Origin: Antedon mediterranea
Taxonomy: Eukaryota; Animalia; Echinodermata
Length of the DNA: 64,000 bases
Direction: 5' to 3'
NCBI RefSeq assembly: GCF_964355755.1
Contig: NC_092680.1
Span: 3,224,001-3,288,000 of the forward strand
The notes below the pieces were generated by a model. It had not been told where the DNA came from. It worked only from the letters and a program-made list of their open reading frames with translations, and made no database searches. Both the position numbers and the translations under genes were made by a program. Shown piece after piece: positions 39,301-51,500 of this stretch; position 1 is the stretch's first letter; every line of letters starts with the position of its first letter.

Positions 39301-41795
39301 CTCGGATAAGAACTTTAAACCGTAGGTTCAGTGTGCACATCTAGCTCATGTGCACTTTAAAGAACCTAGTACGAGTAGAGTGTTACCCTGGTGTACTAGT
39401 ACATCACAGCCACTGATCATACATAACTGGGCAGTCTGGGAGACCAGTCTTTGACTGAAGAGGTCACCCAGTATAAATAAATAATTTCAATTTATATCCT
39501 CTACGCATCCTTATTTTAGGTCCACAAGGCTCTTAGTAAAGAACGTTATGTGTACTTCTCAAAAGGCCTACAACAATACAAAAAGGTATGATTCACTCAC
39601 TGTTATAAAAAAAAAGCTTTGAATCCATGATAGTATACAAAATTCAACAGTGCGTACTATTTCGCGCCATGTGACCCACAATCATTCAATCAAATGACAG
39701 GAATTTATTAGGGTGTTATATAAACTGAAATAACACATCTGTTGGAAATGATCAATTTGCCATTTCTATTGAAATATCTTTTGAAATGCATATCTTTTGA
39801 TTTTCATTCAATTATAAATTTATATATACCGTACTATATTGAAATTATTTTATTGCTTTTTGACAACCAGTATTCAATTACCATTTGAAAGGAACATGCA
39901 TGCATTTATGTTTATGGATCAGTTTAGATATTCCTATTTCAGTTTATATGAATTTGATATTAACAGTTTATTTTCACATTATTTTTGTTACAAAATTAAT
40001 TTTCTTTTGCACAGGATGAGGATTTTTCAGAGTTGGTTTCAACTTTAGCAACGTTATTTTTAAATAGTCAAAGCGAATTTATTCTTTTCCGAGGTAAGTA
40101 CAGTCTCTTATCCAACAGCTTCCCTGAATTTCTGTAGTTTTTCTGACCATCTCAAATTTATCCATATTCAATCCACAACCCTGCTCCTACTAAAATCTTA
40201 TATTCCATTCATCAGCCTAGCTGCTATCTCCACTCATCCACTTGTAAAGTGCCTCAAACAAACATGGAAAATTCTAATTCTAATGGACATTTTTCTGCTG
40301 TAACTTTCCTTTGGAATTCACTACCTTACAGTATATGTATTTCATCAACATTGAGACAGTTTATTAAGCGCTGTCTACACTATCAAACTTTATGTGACAA
40401 AAAAATGTGATGTGCCCATATATGGACATGATGACGTCATAGTAATACCATATTTGGGCATATCACTACCGTATTTAGACAGAGCTTTACTTTAGTATTC
40501 AGATCATTATTATGATTGACTTTTTTTAAATATTTTTTAAAAGATTTTTACAGGTTTGTGCGGCCGCATCATAAGAAAGAATTTTCTGAAGTCTGCTTTA
40601 ATTTGACGGCTTTGTCTTGTAATTACAAACCAGAACACAGCATATCGAAAGTAAAAGAAGACGCAAAAGGTTAGATATAGCTCTTTTTTAGTCCTAAGTT
40701 ATTTATCATTCGTGGTTGGTTAAATCACTTGTGTTTCGTTACGTCCTTAAGCTTGGTTCCAACTAGGACGCAACTCACGACGCTTGTGATTGGTCAAATC
40801 ACCTACATTGCGTTCACGTCTATGTTGCGTCTCTAGTGGGAACCAAGCATTAGGTTATTTCAAATCACCTACATTGCGTTCACGTCTATGTTGCGTCTCT
40901 AGTGGGAACCAAGCATTAGGTTATTTCAAATCACCTACATTGCGTTCACGTCTATGTTGCGTCTCTAGTGGGAACCAAGCATTAGGTTATTTCAAATCAC
41001 CTACATTGCGTTCACGTCTATGTTGCGTCTCTAGTGGGAACCAAGCATTAGGTTATTTCAAATCACCTACATTGCGTTCACGTCTATGTTGCGTCTCTAG
41101 TGGGAACCAAGCATTAGGTTATTTCAAATCACCTACATTGCGTTCACGTCTATGTTGCGTCTCTAGTGGGAACCAAGCGTTAGGTTATTTCAAATCACCT
41201 ACATTGCGTTCACATCTATGTTGCGTCTCTAGTGGGAACCAAGCATTAGGTTATTTCTTGACATCTATTATGACAATTTAGGGTCAGCTTTTTTTTTAGT
41301 AGAAATTCATGATTATCGTCTGTTACGCTTTTGCGTTCTCTAATCGTCTACATGAATCTCTTTCAGTGGTCCCAGGGTCTGTCATTAACTTTATTCGATC
41401 AATGTAATTGGTTTTTTTTTAGTTCTTTGTATATCTTTCCTACCCAGATAGTTTTGGTTCTGCCATCTATACAGATTCAGATAACGCCCTCTATTTTGTA
41501 TTAGTTAAATTCTTAGCAATGTACCCACCTTATTTCTCAATGTTACTACATACTGTATATAAGTAATTAACAAAAAATCTTTTTCCAAAATCTTTTTTCA
41601 ATTGATGCTGAGCTTGGGAATAACATATATATATATAATAATATTATATAACATCAATATTTTTAAAGTGTAATTTTGTTTTTATACATTCTAGATGGTA
41701 ATCTAGAGAAGAAAAGAAGGCTTGACAATAATCAACAAATTCAGACGAATTTAACCAAAAAAACGCATTATCAAGGAATAACAGAGGCCAAATAA
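21342..41795 (+). CDS. RTEL1: Regulator of telomere elongation helicase 1 (Fe-S DEAH helicase), about 30 exons
   Basis: Exon 21342-21443 [21 protein letters not shown]. Exon 26032-26237 [10 protein letters not shown] (Walker A). Exon 26923-27016 [11 protein letters not shown]. Exons 27662-27804 and 29844-29928 carry the Fe-S cysteines (QMC, CRAK, TC, CPYY). Exon 30198-30263 IFDEAHNV. Also [11 protein letters not shown] (~34130), GVLVFFPSY (~35040) and exon 35998-36251 VSEGLDF...[19 protein letters not shown] harmonin-N-like region lies at ~38951-40668, and the last exon 41695-41795 ends in TAA. Confidence 0.95.
22290..23070. repeat. Minisatellite of variable ~30-70 bp units within the Academ arm, mirrored at ~24580-25005
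   Basis: Repeated TTACCTGCCATCAATATGATGGATTATGATT core. The right arm has fewer units. Confidence 0.9.
23088..24188 (-). pseudogene. Frameshifted 3' fragment of an Academ transposase (XPG-like and Cys8 finger)
   Basis: ORF 23088-23393 plus frameshifted upstream fragments. A second inverted copy of the C-terminus lies at ~24204-24565 (+) with an internal stop. Confidence 0.8.
28775..29785 (-). mobile_element. Kolobok-type element with a decayed KolX-like ORF remnant
   Basis: TTAA TSD and TIR AGGAAAGGAACA...TGTTCCTTTCCT. Minus-strand fragments [19 protein letters not shown] and RFTNW...SAC. Confidence 0.75.
32928..33450 (-). mobile_element. tRNA-derived SINE, same family, interrupted by a LINE-like 3' fragment (~33123-33373)
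   Basis: Reverse complement of the SINE, split within GACTCGTT/TTCTACC by a ~250-bp insert with a (TAAA)n tail. Confidence 0.75.
34679..34793 (+). repeat. 22-bp tandem repeat (about 5 copies) in an RTEL1 intron
   Basis: Unit CGTCCTTCAAATGGGACGTAAT. Confidence 0.92.
38400..38816. mobile_element. P-element-like MITE with an internal GC hairpin
   Basis: CAAAGA...TCTTTG termini with imperfect TIRs. The flanking direct repeat is GTTGCAC (7 bp, or 9 bp GGTTGCACC if the ends are shifted by 1). Hairpin at 38472-38528. Confidence 0.7.
39193..39487 (+). mobile_element. tRNA-derived SINE, same family
   Basis: Aligns end to end by eye with 8838-9145. Confidence 0.85.
40795..41256 (+). repeat. 66-bp tandem array (7 copies) made of a Harbinger MITE end plus flanking DNA
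   Basis: Unit CAAATCACCTACATTGCGTTCACGTCTATGTTGCGTCTCTAGTGGGAACCAAGCATTAGGTTATTT, with near-identical copies. Confidence 0.95.
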
Positions 41796-42584
41796 ATGAC
41801 GCAAATTATGAACAGTAAAATTTTATAAAATTTATAAAATTAGGTTTTTCCTAATTTATAATAATTAATAATATTTTTAAGTAAATTTTAATAGATTTGT
41901 AAGAAAACATCTGTAATTTGTAAAGTATTTATTCAAAAATCATTATAAACCAATTTTCCAATATAAAAATGTGTAATAAATATAAAGAAGTACTGCATCA
42001 CATAGGTTTTTTTATCTAAATTGCACAACCCTATATACCAACCCAATTACAGTACCATAATAGTCAATATATTTAATATATTGCACTCTACAACTTTGTA
42101 CTAAATTATTTCTAATCCCCGTTCCCCTGAATTGCACCCTTAACCATATAAATACCATATATTTAAAGTTATATAAATAGAACCTTAACTATTCCTCTCA
42201 TATCATTGCAGAAGATACCATGATTACCTAGTTTTTAAAAGTTTAAACCTTCCCAAAAATAAAATTTTAAAAATGAACTAAAATGTAAATAATCGTATTC
42301 AATAATCTATGTATCATGTTATTTGGAAAAAAATAACGAAGTCATGTTGGGGTGTTAAGAAAATGATTTAAATCACAAAACATCATCATCTTTGATTCAC
42401 TTACACATCTGTGAGTAAAGTGTCAAAACTGAGCACCAGTTTGATTTTGTTCGTTAAACAATTAAGTTTAGTGGTTTAAATGAACAATAGAAAATAATAC
42501 CTGTTCATTAAAAATTATATGACCACAACAACCATGTGTTGTATAAATAAAGTTGAATTGAATTGAATGAAACCAATCCGTTAA

Positions 42585-42918
42585 AGATGTATTGTCCCCC
42601 TGAAAAAATAATTATTAAAATTTTTGTTGTTGAATATGCCATTTTAATGTCTTATAATAGTTATCCACTTTGACCAAAAATTAGATTTTTAAAAAAATTG
42701 TTTACCTGAAAAAACTGTAATTCAAAGCAAAAAATAGTCAAATTGGCTGCCAGCCAATGGATTTTTGGTTGAACCATTTATTTTATCATTTTATTATCAT
42801 TTTTTATTATTTTTTCCGTTTTTTTTTTCTACGGAAGTGGTTAACTTTATTAAAACTACAAAATAACCTATTCAAAGTCTGATTTAATTAATCTTTACTT
42901 TTGGGGGACAATACATCT
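42585..42918. mobile_element. Kolobok-type MITE family, representative copy
   Basis: TTAA-type target and TIR AGATGTATTGTCCCC...GGGGACAATACATCT. Other copies at ~3545-3830 (partial), 10546-10826, 27433-27614 and 27839-28146. Confidence 0.82.
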
Positions 42919-43148
42919 TTAGGTTTAGTGGTCCAAATGAACAATGGGATACACTTTCCTTAAAAATGATATGGCCACAACAATGTGTTGATATGGGCCT
43001 GCATGGGAAAATAAAGTTTCATTGAATGAAAGCAGTCCATCAACAAGTTACTTCTCAGTAAGCTGAGAAATGCCAAGTTCCATCTTTGTTTAAAAAGTTA
43101 TAAAATTGGAAGAGAATAATTTGTGAAGCTGAGCCTTCTTATTGCATG

Positions 43149-45302
43149 TTATGAATTTGCAGGTAATACCACACCCCCTACCATGTACAAAGCATTTGGT
43201 ATTGTCTGCTTTTGAGTTGACCAATTATTTGTTCTCTCATCGTAGCAGTCTATTGTGTTATGAGCTTCTCCGCTTATTTTCCCGCCAAGAAGCCAGATCT
43301 TTTCTCTGGAAGACACAACGGCACTAAAAGTTCTCTGTTGATTACAGTTGGAAAGTTTTCTACATTCCTTCGTCTCTGGATTGTACGCTATAACTTCTCG
43401 AGGTTTCCTCGCCCCGATCACAACAATCTCATTCTTGAAGTGCAATGCTTGAGGAATCTTACGGCACACTAAGAAGTCTGTCACTATCGACCAGATGCTG
43501 TTTTCTGGGTCTAGGCATTGTATTATGCTAGCAGGACTGTCATAATCATTAGCTCCACCTATAACATAAAGTTTTCTCTGGCACCCAACGACGGCTGCAA
43601 CACTGACAGCTGTTGGCATGGGTGGACACTTCTGCCATTCGTTTTGAAATGGTTTGAAGACTTCAACACTACTCAGCCTGGCTTCTTGTGTGGTGCTCTT
43701 TCCGCCTACAACGTATATACAATCATTCAACGTCGCAGAACCGTGTGAGTGCCTCGCTGTGTTTAAGTCTCCTAGTCTGTTCCATTCATTGGTTAAAAAG
43801 TTAAACTGCCACGTTTCTGATACTGATTGGTCAAAACTTGCATCATAACCACCAGACACAACTACGTTCCATCCTGAATAAAGACAAGAAAAGAAAATCC
43901 ATTTTAATAGTTAAAACAAATATTACCATTGTGCATATACAATACAATTTGTTAAAACACATTTTAAATGATGGTTTGGTATATCAAGACTCCTAAAGGT
44001 ATTAACTTGAAAATGAAATGAAAAGAAAAATGGAAAGATGGACATAGTTGGAGAAGAATAATGATGGAACTTGGTTGAAATGAAGAAATGGGGATTAGAT
44101 TTAGGGATTAGATAAAATAATAATAAATAATAATAATAATAATAATTTACCAGAAGGCAGACGGCCAATGGTGATTGTTGGGTAGTATTTAGCAGAAACC
44201 ACATGGAAGTGTGTGTATGCCTAATCTTCATATTTTAGTTCTCAACTATATACCAACCTTTAGCAGTTACACTATATTTCCTTTTCTCGTATTTCGGCAG
44301 GTTCAGTAATGATTTCCACGCCCCCAATGCGCCGTCGTTAATTTCGCAATACAGAACGCTTTCACTATAAGTATAGCCTTCTTCAAATTCATTCCTATGA
44401 CCTCCAACCAACACAAGAATGTCTTTAACTCTGTGTTGTGATCGCGGAGTCGTCTGCCTCCCCAAGACTCTGTAACCCTTATGGATCAATGTTTTGCAGC
44501 ACATTGCTTCGTCGATTAAACTCGATACATTAAAGTTATTGTCCGACTGTTCCTCTAGGAGTCTGAGGTACGAGTCATCCAGTAGCGCCAGACGAACCTT
44601 TTCCAGTAGTGTTGTGAAGTGATGACGTCTTAAAGGGTGATCATTGTTAATCCATCGTAAGATCGCTTCAACTATGTCTGATTCGCTGTCAATCTTCAGC
44701 CGATCGTTCGATAGAATGTCAACTAATTCCGTGCAAGACAATTCAAGAAAATCTGACGTCGTTGATACGTCAGCAAAATTTGACAAGATGAAGGATTTGG
44801 AAGACTCGAGAAGTTCGACACAATGAAATGCCTCGGCAAATTTGTGGTAATGAATGCAATTTGGTATCTGTAGCCGACGTGTCATGAACTCGACGCATGT
44901 CTTACTCACAGTCTCATACTGGAGATACATTGACGTTTCGAAAAGTTCCTCAACTGTTTCTTTCCGGATGTATATCTTGGATGTGTACGAGAACTCTACG
45001 AGAGCTTTGACAGAATCAGCAGATAATCCTAGCAAGGTGATGGTGTCCTGTTCACTCTCAATTACGTTACTCGTGAACATAGATTTGAAGTAGTGACTAC
45101 TGGCAGCAAGGATGGCTCGATGGCAGGGGATACGCTCTCCATCGACGCACACGATGACATCGACGCACTCAGACAGTGATCGCATTTCGTTCAGCGTTGC
45201 CAGAACCTTGTTGGATTTTGATGGCATGTGGAGAAGAAGACAATCATTCTCTTTTATTCCTGATGCCAGCGGGTTCACGACGTCATCGTTTTGACTCTTC
45301 AT
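43149..45302 (-). CDS. Kelch-like protein (BTB-BACK-Kelch), Cul3 adaptor type
   Basis: Coding exon 45302-44258 (BTB: CHRAILAASSHYFKSMF, then BACK and the first kelch repeat) joins by a phase-1 GT-AG intron to exon 43873-43149 (kelch repeats with GG, Y and W signatures). Confidence 0.93.
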
Positions 45303-46715
45303 GATACCGTCTATGATTTATACATTGCCTAATTCCTGGAAATACAGAAAATAATACTTTGTGAAATGAGAGATCATCTTAGTAACCCCAAGTGGCCCCC
45401 AACGCTGGAGGCATCTAATCGGGTGTCTTTAGCTATTTCGACATATTTTAATACCTCTGGACACCCCCCATAAGATCAAATCCGGGGCCCCTGGGTTTAG
45501 CCAGTGAGCGCTCATAGCCGTTACGACACTGGAGGTAATTGCTGTATTTTATTCTGGTAGCGCTTTACATGCAGTTGGTATTTAGGAGGACCGCGATGTT
45601 TAGCACTCATTTTGTTAATACAGTAGGTGACATTTCTAGGCATGGGATTTTCACACGCTTTCATAACATAGCAGTAATTGTTACTGTCGTGTTCAAACTT
45701 CTGTTAGTTCACGAGGCACTAAACCGTGAGTGATTTTGTCAGATTAATCCATGGTTCGATCGTTCGACGTGAAATCAGTGTAAACACAGTGATCAACACC
45801 GATGCCGCTGTCACAGTATTTATTTCGTGTCAGTATTGTTTGAAAGTAAGCCTGATTGAACGTTTGCAATGAAATCAACAGTTGTGACATTCACGTCCGT
45901 TTCTCATGATAACTTTGATCGCTGAGATTTCGACAGGGGGTATACCAGGTACGCTATCGAATGATTACAATGTGATTGATGCATTAAGATATATAAGAGT
46001 TCATAATAAGCAAATGCATTTTTTTGTACGGAGATCATCGTTAAGCCTTGTCTACGCTATCAAATAATGGTAGTGGTATGCTCAAAGATGGTAGTGATAT
46101 GACATCATCATGTCCATGTATGGCCGCATCACACTTTTTTGTCACATAAAGTTTGATAGTGTAGACCAGGCTTTACAGTACTCGACTCGACTTCTAAACG
46201 CGTTACGTAGTTTAGCATTCATCTGGCCCTAATAATCTAAACAGATGGCATCCCTCTTTTTTCGAGGGATCGGATCGGGTTGTATTATAACAGTACAGTA
46301 TAGGCTTCCATAGAGCTATACTAAGTAAATACAAAGCATAGCGTTTTAAGGATATTACTGGTATTCATATTGACGTCTAGATAGAATTACTAAATATCAA
46401 TATCCTGCAGCAATTTACATCTACTAGTTTGGATTGATAATTAATAATTAGATCAGATTTGTAATGATTTAATAATAATATCTGATAAAAACTGCAAAAC
46501 TTATCGAAACCCATACTATAGTACAGTATATAATACTCATGTACACCTGAGGTATAATCCGTAATATTCTCTGGTGCAACGTCCGTATTTATATATGTGG
46601 GGACCAGTATAATTATCATATTCAATTAGTAATGGTTTTAGAATTAATTATTAATGGTAATTGTTTACTGTAGAAAAAAATCGTATGCATGCAGTAACAT
46701 GGTCGGGGTTGGGGA

Positions 46716-46899
46716 GGGGTGTGTTGAGAGTGGGTTGAGGGGCGTGTTGAGAGTGGGTTGAGGGGCGTGTTGAGAGTGGGTTGAGGGGCGTGTTGAGAGT
46801 GGGTTGAGGGGCGTGTTGAGAGTGGGTTGAGGGGCGTGTTGAGAGTGGGTTGAGGGGTGTGTTGAGAGTGGGTTGAGGGGCGTGTTGAGAGTGGGTTGA
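46716..46899 (+). repeat. 23-bp G-rich minisatellite (about 8 copies)
   Basis: Unit GTGTTGAGAGTGGGTTGAGGGGC. Confidence 0.95.
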
Positions 46900-48299
46900 A
46901 GGTTAAATTAAACTAAATCCAGATATTTTAGGGGAAAGAAAATACTAGAGATTTACATAAGGTGGCCAGACACTGTTGAATTAACCTGTGACAAGGATGA
47001 AAAGCGGTAGGCCTTAGCTCTATCTCAATGTCAAACTTGTTTGACAAAGTGTGATGTGCCCAAATATATGGTAGTGATAATACACAAATAATGGTGGTGA
47101 TATGACATCATCATGTCCATATATGGGCACATCACATTTTGTTGTCACATAAAGTTTGATAGTGTAGACAGAGCAAAGCGTAATCCCAATATTAGTTGGT
47201 AACTAAATATGATCACGTGAAAATAACATAGAAATTAATTGTATGTGTTTTGTTGATTAACAGCCTAAATAGTGATACATGCATGTAGACCGAAAATCGA
47301 CGACGTATTTGAAAATGATGCAAAACATAATATTATTATTATACTTTACATACCTTATATCCGAGTCTTCTCTTCCTGTTGCTGCACAGCACGACACTGT
47401 GAGAGAAAACCTACTACAACCAGGTATTATAATATATGCGTGATTATCGATGCGAAATAATGCAACAATTGGAATTAATGACAAATATTGAACCGTTCAA
47501 CGGAGAAAGGGTTATTTCATTGAGAAAATACGATTCGTCCGCATACGAAATTGCTTTATGATATGCGTGTGGATATAACTCTGAATTGATAGCATGGTTT
47601 ATGCGGGTGCCGCGATGTGTTTTAAATATTAATTTCAAACATAATCTGTTAGTAATATATTAAATTCAGAATAGGTGATTGATTATGATGTTTGTTGTAT
47701 AAGCTTTTACATATTACATTTGGTTTTGAGATAATGTTGGTACTATTATCTAATTATAATAATTGCTGTGTGGTGATTGGTTTGATGGATGCCATGGCTG
47801 GTGGAGTGGAACCGTATATATTAATTAGAGTATGTTAGATTAGACCATCAAACATTAGGTGAATTGTCGATCCTAATTATCATTATTGGCGTATTTATAA
47901 GTCATGAATGACACACCCAACTTGAATACTTTGAGTAAAGGTCTCCGTCCTTCAATTAAAGACTGGGACCCGGTTATAGGCCTAGTGGTCTTGTATTGGT
48001 CTCAATAATCACCCAACTAGGCTTATAAATACGATACTGGCAGCCGTACTAGTAGAAGTCGTCTTAAATTACCAAATTTAGAGGGAAAATTCATAACGGG
48101 TGCCCATGAGATAATAGTTGGTTATAAATTAATGTCCTTTCCATTAAACAGTTTCTTAATACACCATGGAGGAAAAAAGAAAAGACTGGCCTGGGTCATT
48201 TCTGCAGGCTTCTAATTAATTAAAAAGAAAGTTTACGTCGTCTACTTTGTACAACTATAAATTGTGCCAGCAATTTATCTAAAAGATTTTGGTATCAGC

Positions 48300-48551
48300 C
48301 CATTACGAGAGAAGACAGGTTCTTGACAAATTTACCCTCTCCGTATGATGGCGCTCTACTAAACACGTTCTTTGTTAGTTGTCCATGTTGTTTACACTAC
48401 ACAATCGAAGTAGGCTGGGCTGCTGCGTTGCGGTGTGTTTTGTGTGTGAGGCCTTGTTCTTTTAACAAGAATTCCAGGGACTGGCTAGGTACTAGGCCTA
48501 GAAATATAGGATAGAATAAAGTTAAAATATCCTACGAAATACACTTTGACG
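48300..48551. promoter_or_regulatory. Probable promoter/5' UTR of SELENOI, possibly shared with the divergent Kelch gene
   Basis: CpG-containing stretch with a YY1-like ATGGCG and TAGGCCTA clusters directly upstream of the ATG. Genes on either side are divergent. Confidence 0.4.
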
Positions 48552-51500
48552 ATGCCGTATAAGTATTTAGGTAAACATCATCTTGATGGGTTTGACAAAT
48601 ACAAAGTAAGTAACGATATATTGACAGCTCTTACTAGTAACTAAACTAGGCTAGGCTAGGCCTGACCCGACCTTCTGAGCTAGGTATGTTGCTAGGCCTA
48701 GGCTAGGTTTAGCCTAGTAATATGTAGTAAGAGGCCCTCTAGATAGCAGCTATGCTATCAGAAGAGAAGCCTAGCTAGTAGTAGTAGCCCATTTCTCCCG
48801 GCTATCATGACAATGTGTGAATTAATCATGCCATTAATGTTGTGTGAATTAATCATGCCATTAATGTTGTGTTATTATCATAATTAAAAAAACAGGTTTC
48901 ATAATTAATAATATTTTAAACAGTTGTTACTATGCCAGGCTATATATGAAATTAAATAATTAAAATTAAAATATATTAATTTAAATTCATTCATAAAATC
49001 ACAAATTGTAGTAGTACTAGTAGCAAGGGTATACTATACATTTTGAGTAAACATCCAACTAAAGAAAGTTTTTTCTGAAAGAAGCAGAAACGATATAAAA
49101 TTTTAAAAATTCATTGGCCTAATATTAATAAGATTATTAACAATAATTAATATTTTTCAATTGTTCTTATTTCTTCCAGTACAATGCTGTTGACACATCA
49201 CCTCTTTCAAACTATGTCATGCACCCCCTTTGGGATAAATGCATCAAGGTAAGTTACTAGGCCTATAGATGATAATAATTTTGCAACTGTCAATTGGTTT
49301 TGTAATCTGATTTAATACACTTATATTATTATGTTGGTGGTATTATACTAAGCCTTCTGTGTGAGGCAAAACAGGGTGTGGAGCTTGAGCTAATAATATC
49401 GGATTATTCACTGGTTGACAGCAGCCATATCATACCACACCAAATATTTCCTGATAATGATAATACAAGCGTAATAATGGAGAAACAGGAATTGTACATG
49501 TATTTTTTTAATATTCCGCAATTATTAATTTTTACAGTATATACTGTAGCTTTTATACAAAATAAATCTGTTTCTGTTTGTGGAAATGAATGAATATAGA
49601 ATGAATATTCTTTAGACTAAAAATGAATTACCAAGTAAATTGAATGAATAATTATAGCATTAATAGAATCTGTTTTCAAAAGTAATTTAAAGACATGTTT
49701 AACAATTTTCTTAAGCTCTGTCTTCGCTATCAATCAAACTTTATGTGACAAAAAATGGGATGTGGCCATATATTGACATGATGATGTCACATTACTACCA
49801 TATTTGGACACATCACACTTTTTTTCTCAAACTAGTTTGATAGTGTAGACAGAGCTTTACCTGCCCTCAATTTCACACGTCAGTTTTTTCATCTTAATCC
49901 TTGGTTCCCACTGAAGAAATACATAATAAAATAAAACACCATTCATGAAATAGGTATATGATCTTGTGATAGATTAGAACAGTATGCGAGTTTTGCAGGC
50001 AGATCCCTATTCACGTCAATAGACTAAAATACTGTAGAAACTAGGCTCAACATTCACCTGTATGCAAATTCAGTTCCACTCCAACACAACTTCCCTACCT
50101 CACAATCAGATACACAAATTCACTAATTGCTAGAATAGAATTTTTCAAATGTTTTTATCAACAGATATTTCCAAAATGGTTGGCTCCAAACTTGATGACC
50201 TTCTGTGGCTTTCTTCTTCTGGTTTTTAATTTTTTACTCCTTTCATATTTTGACTGGGATTTCTATGGCAGCAGTAGGCTACATCCAGCTTATCCTATTG
50301 TACCAACATACGTATGGATTACTTGTGGTGTCTGTCAGTTTGTGGCTCACCAACTTGGTAAGTTTAATGTTTTGTTCAGCAAAATCATATTTGTGAAGTA
50401 ATAAGTTACTACTGTAACTCCTTTTTACAAAAAGATGCACTTGGTTCTTTAAAGGCAAATTTACACAGATGAGCAGTAACGGTAATGAAAATATAGAATC
50501 TATGTTATTCCTTATGACCACACACTGCAGAGTGGACGGGCGGTTTCTACATGGGTCAAGCTACATGGTTTTCCACTTACCGTCACCGTTCTTTTCTTTA
50601 ATAAATCGGCCTATAAGTGCACACAGATGTATGCTGTCCTTTTCCAAGAAGATTTGTTCTACCGACGACCATAACTACATGGCCAAAGAGTGCCATGAAC
50701 CTGTGCTGATACAGTCAACTCTCCCAATACCGGACACCTTTGGGCTGGCCTAATATGTCAGATTTTCTGGAATTCTGGTATTCTGAATTATGTTTTTAAT
50801 GGTAAAAATGAATTTGGACCTCAAGAAAATTCTGGGAGAGTTTGCGGTTTGCAGAGAGTCCAGTATTGGGAGAGTTGACTGTATTAGGCCGCTTGACTTG
50901 ATTATCACAGAAAGTAACTTACTAAAAAGGGTTTATTGTTAATAAGTTGAAGTCATTAAAAAAATGTTTTCTAATTTTGATATGAATTATTTCTCTTTAA
51001 ATTTAGATGGTATGGATGGTAAGCAAGCAAGAAGAACCAAATCCAGCACCCCACTAGGAGAGTTGTTTGACCATGGCATTGACAGTTGGGTAGCAGCGTT
51101 TATGCCAATCGAACTCTACTCGTGTTTTAGTCGATGCGAAGAGGATTATGGAAAGAATGTATTCATCCTGTTTTGGATCTTGTGGAATATTGTCGGAGTG
51201 TTCACGATATCTCACTGGGAGAAGTATAATACAGGCGTTCTGTTCCTTCCATGGGGATATGATATAAGTCAGCTTGTAAGTAATATGATATAAAATATTG
51301 TATCCAGTGTATCTGGCGCATCTGGCGTGAGGCTCATACTTTTTTACCCAAACACAAGCTCTGACGGCACACATCTCTCAATTTTTAAACCTTTTTACTT
51401 AAATCGTCAAAATTCTTTTGTTTATCATGCTTAGATTCATTGATCCTAGGCTGGAACATTTCTGCCCACTTTTCACAAAATTGTTAAATTCTCAAGCCAG

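Noticed and set aside
40790-41281. 163-aa ORF with 22-aa repeats
   Set aside because: It arises from the stop-free 66-bp MITE-derived array inside an RTEL1 intron and starts at a non-ATG codon.
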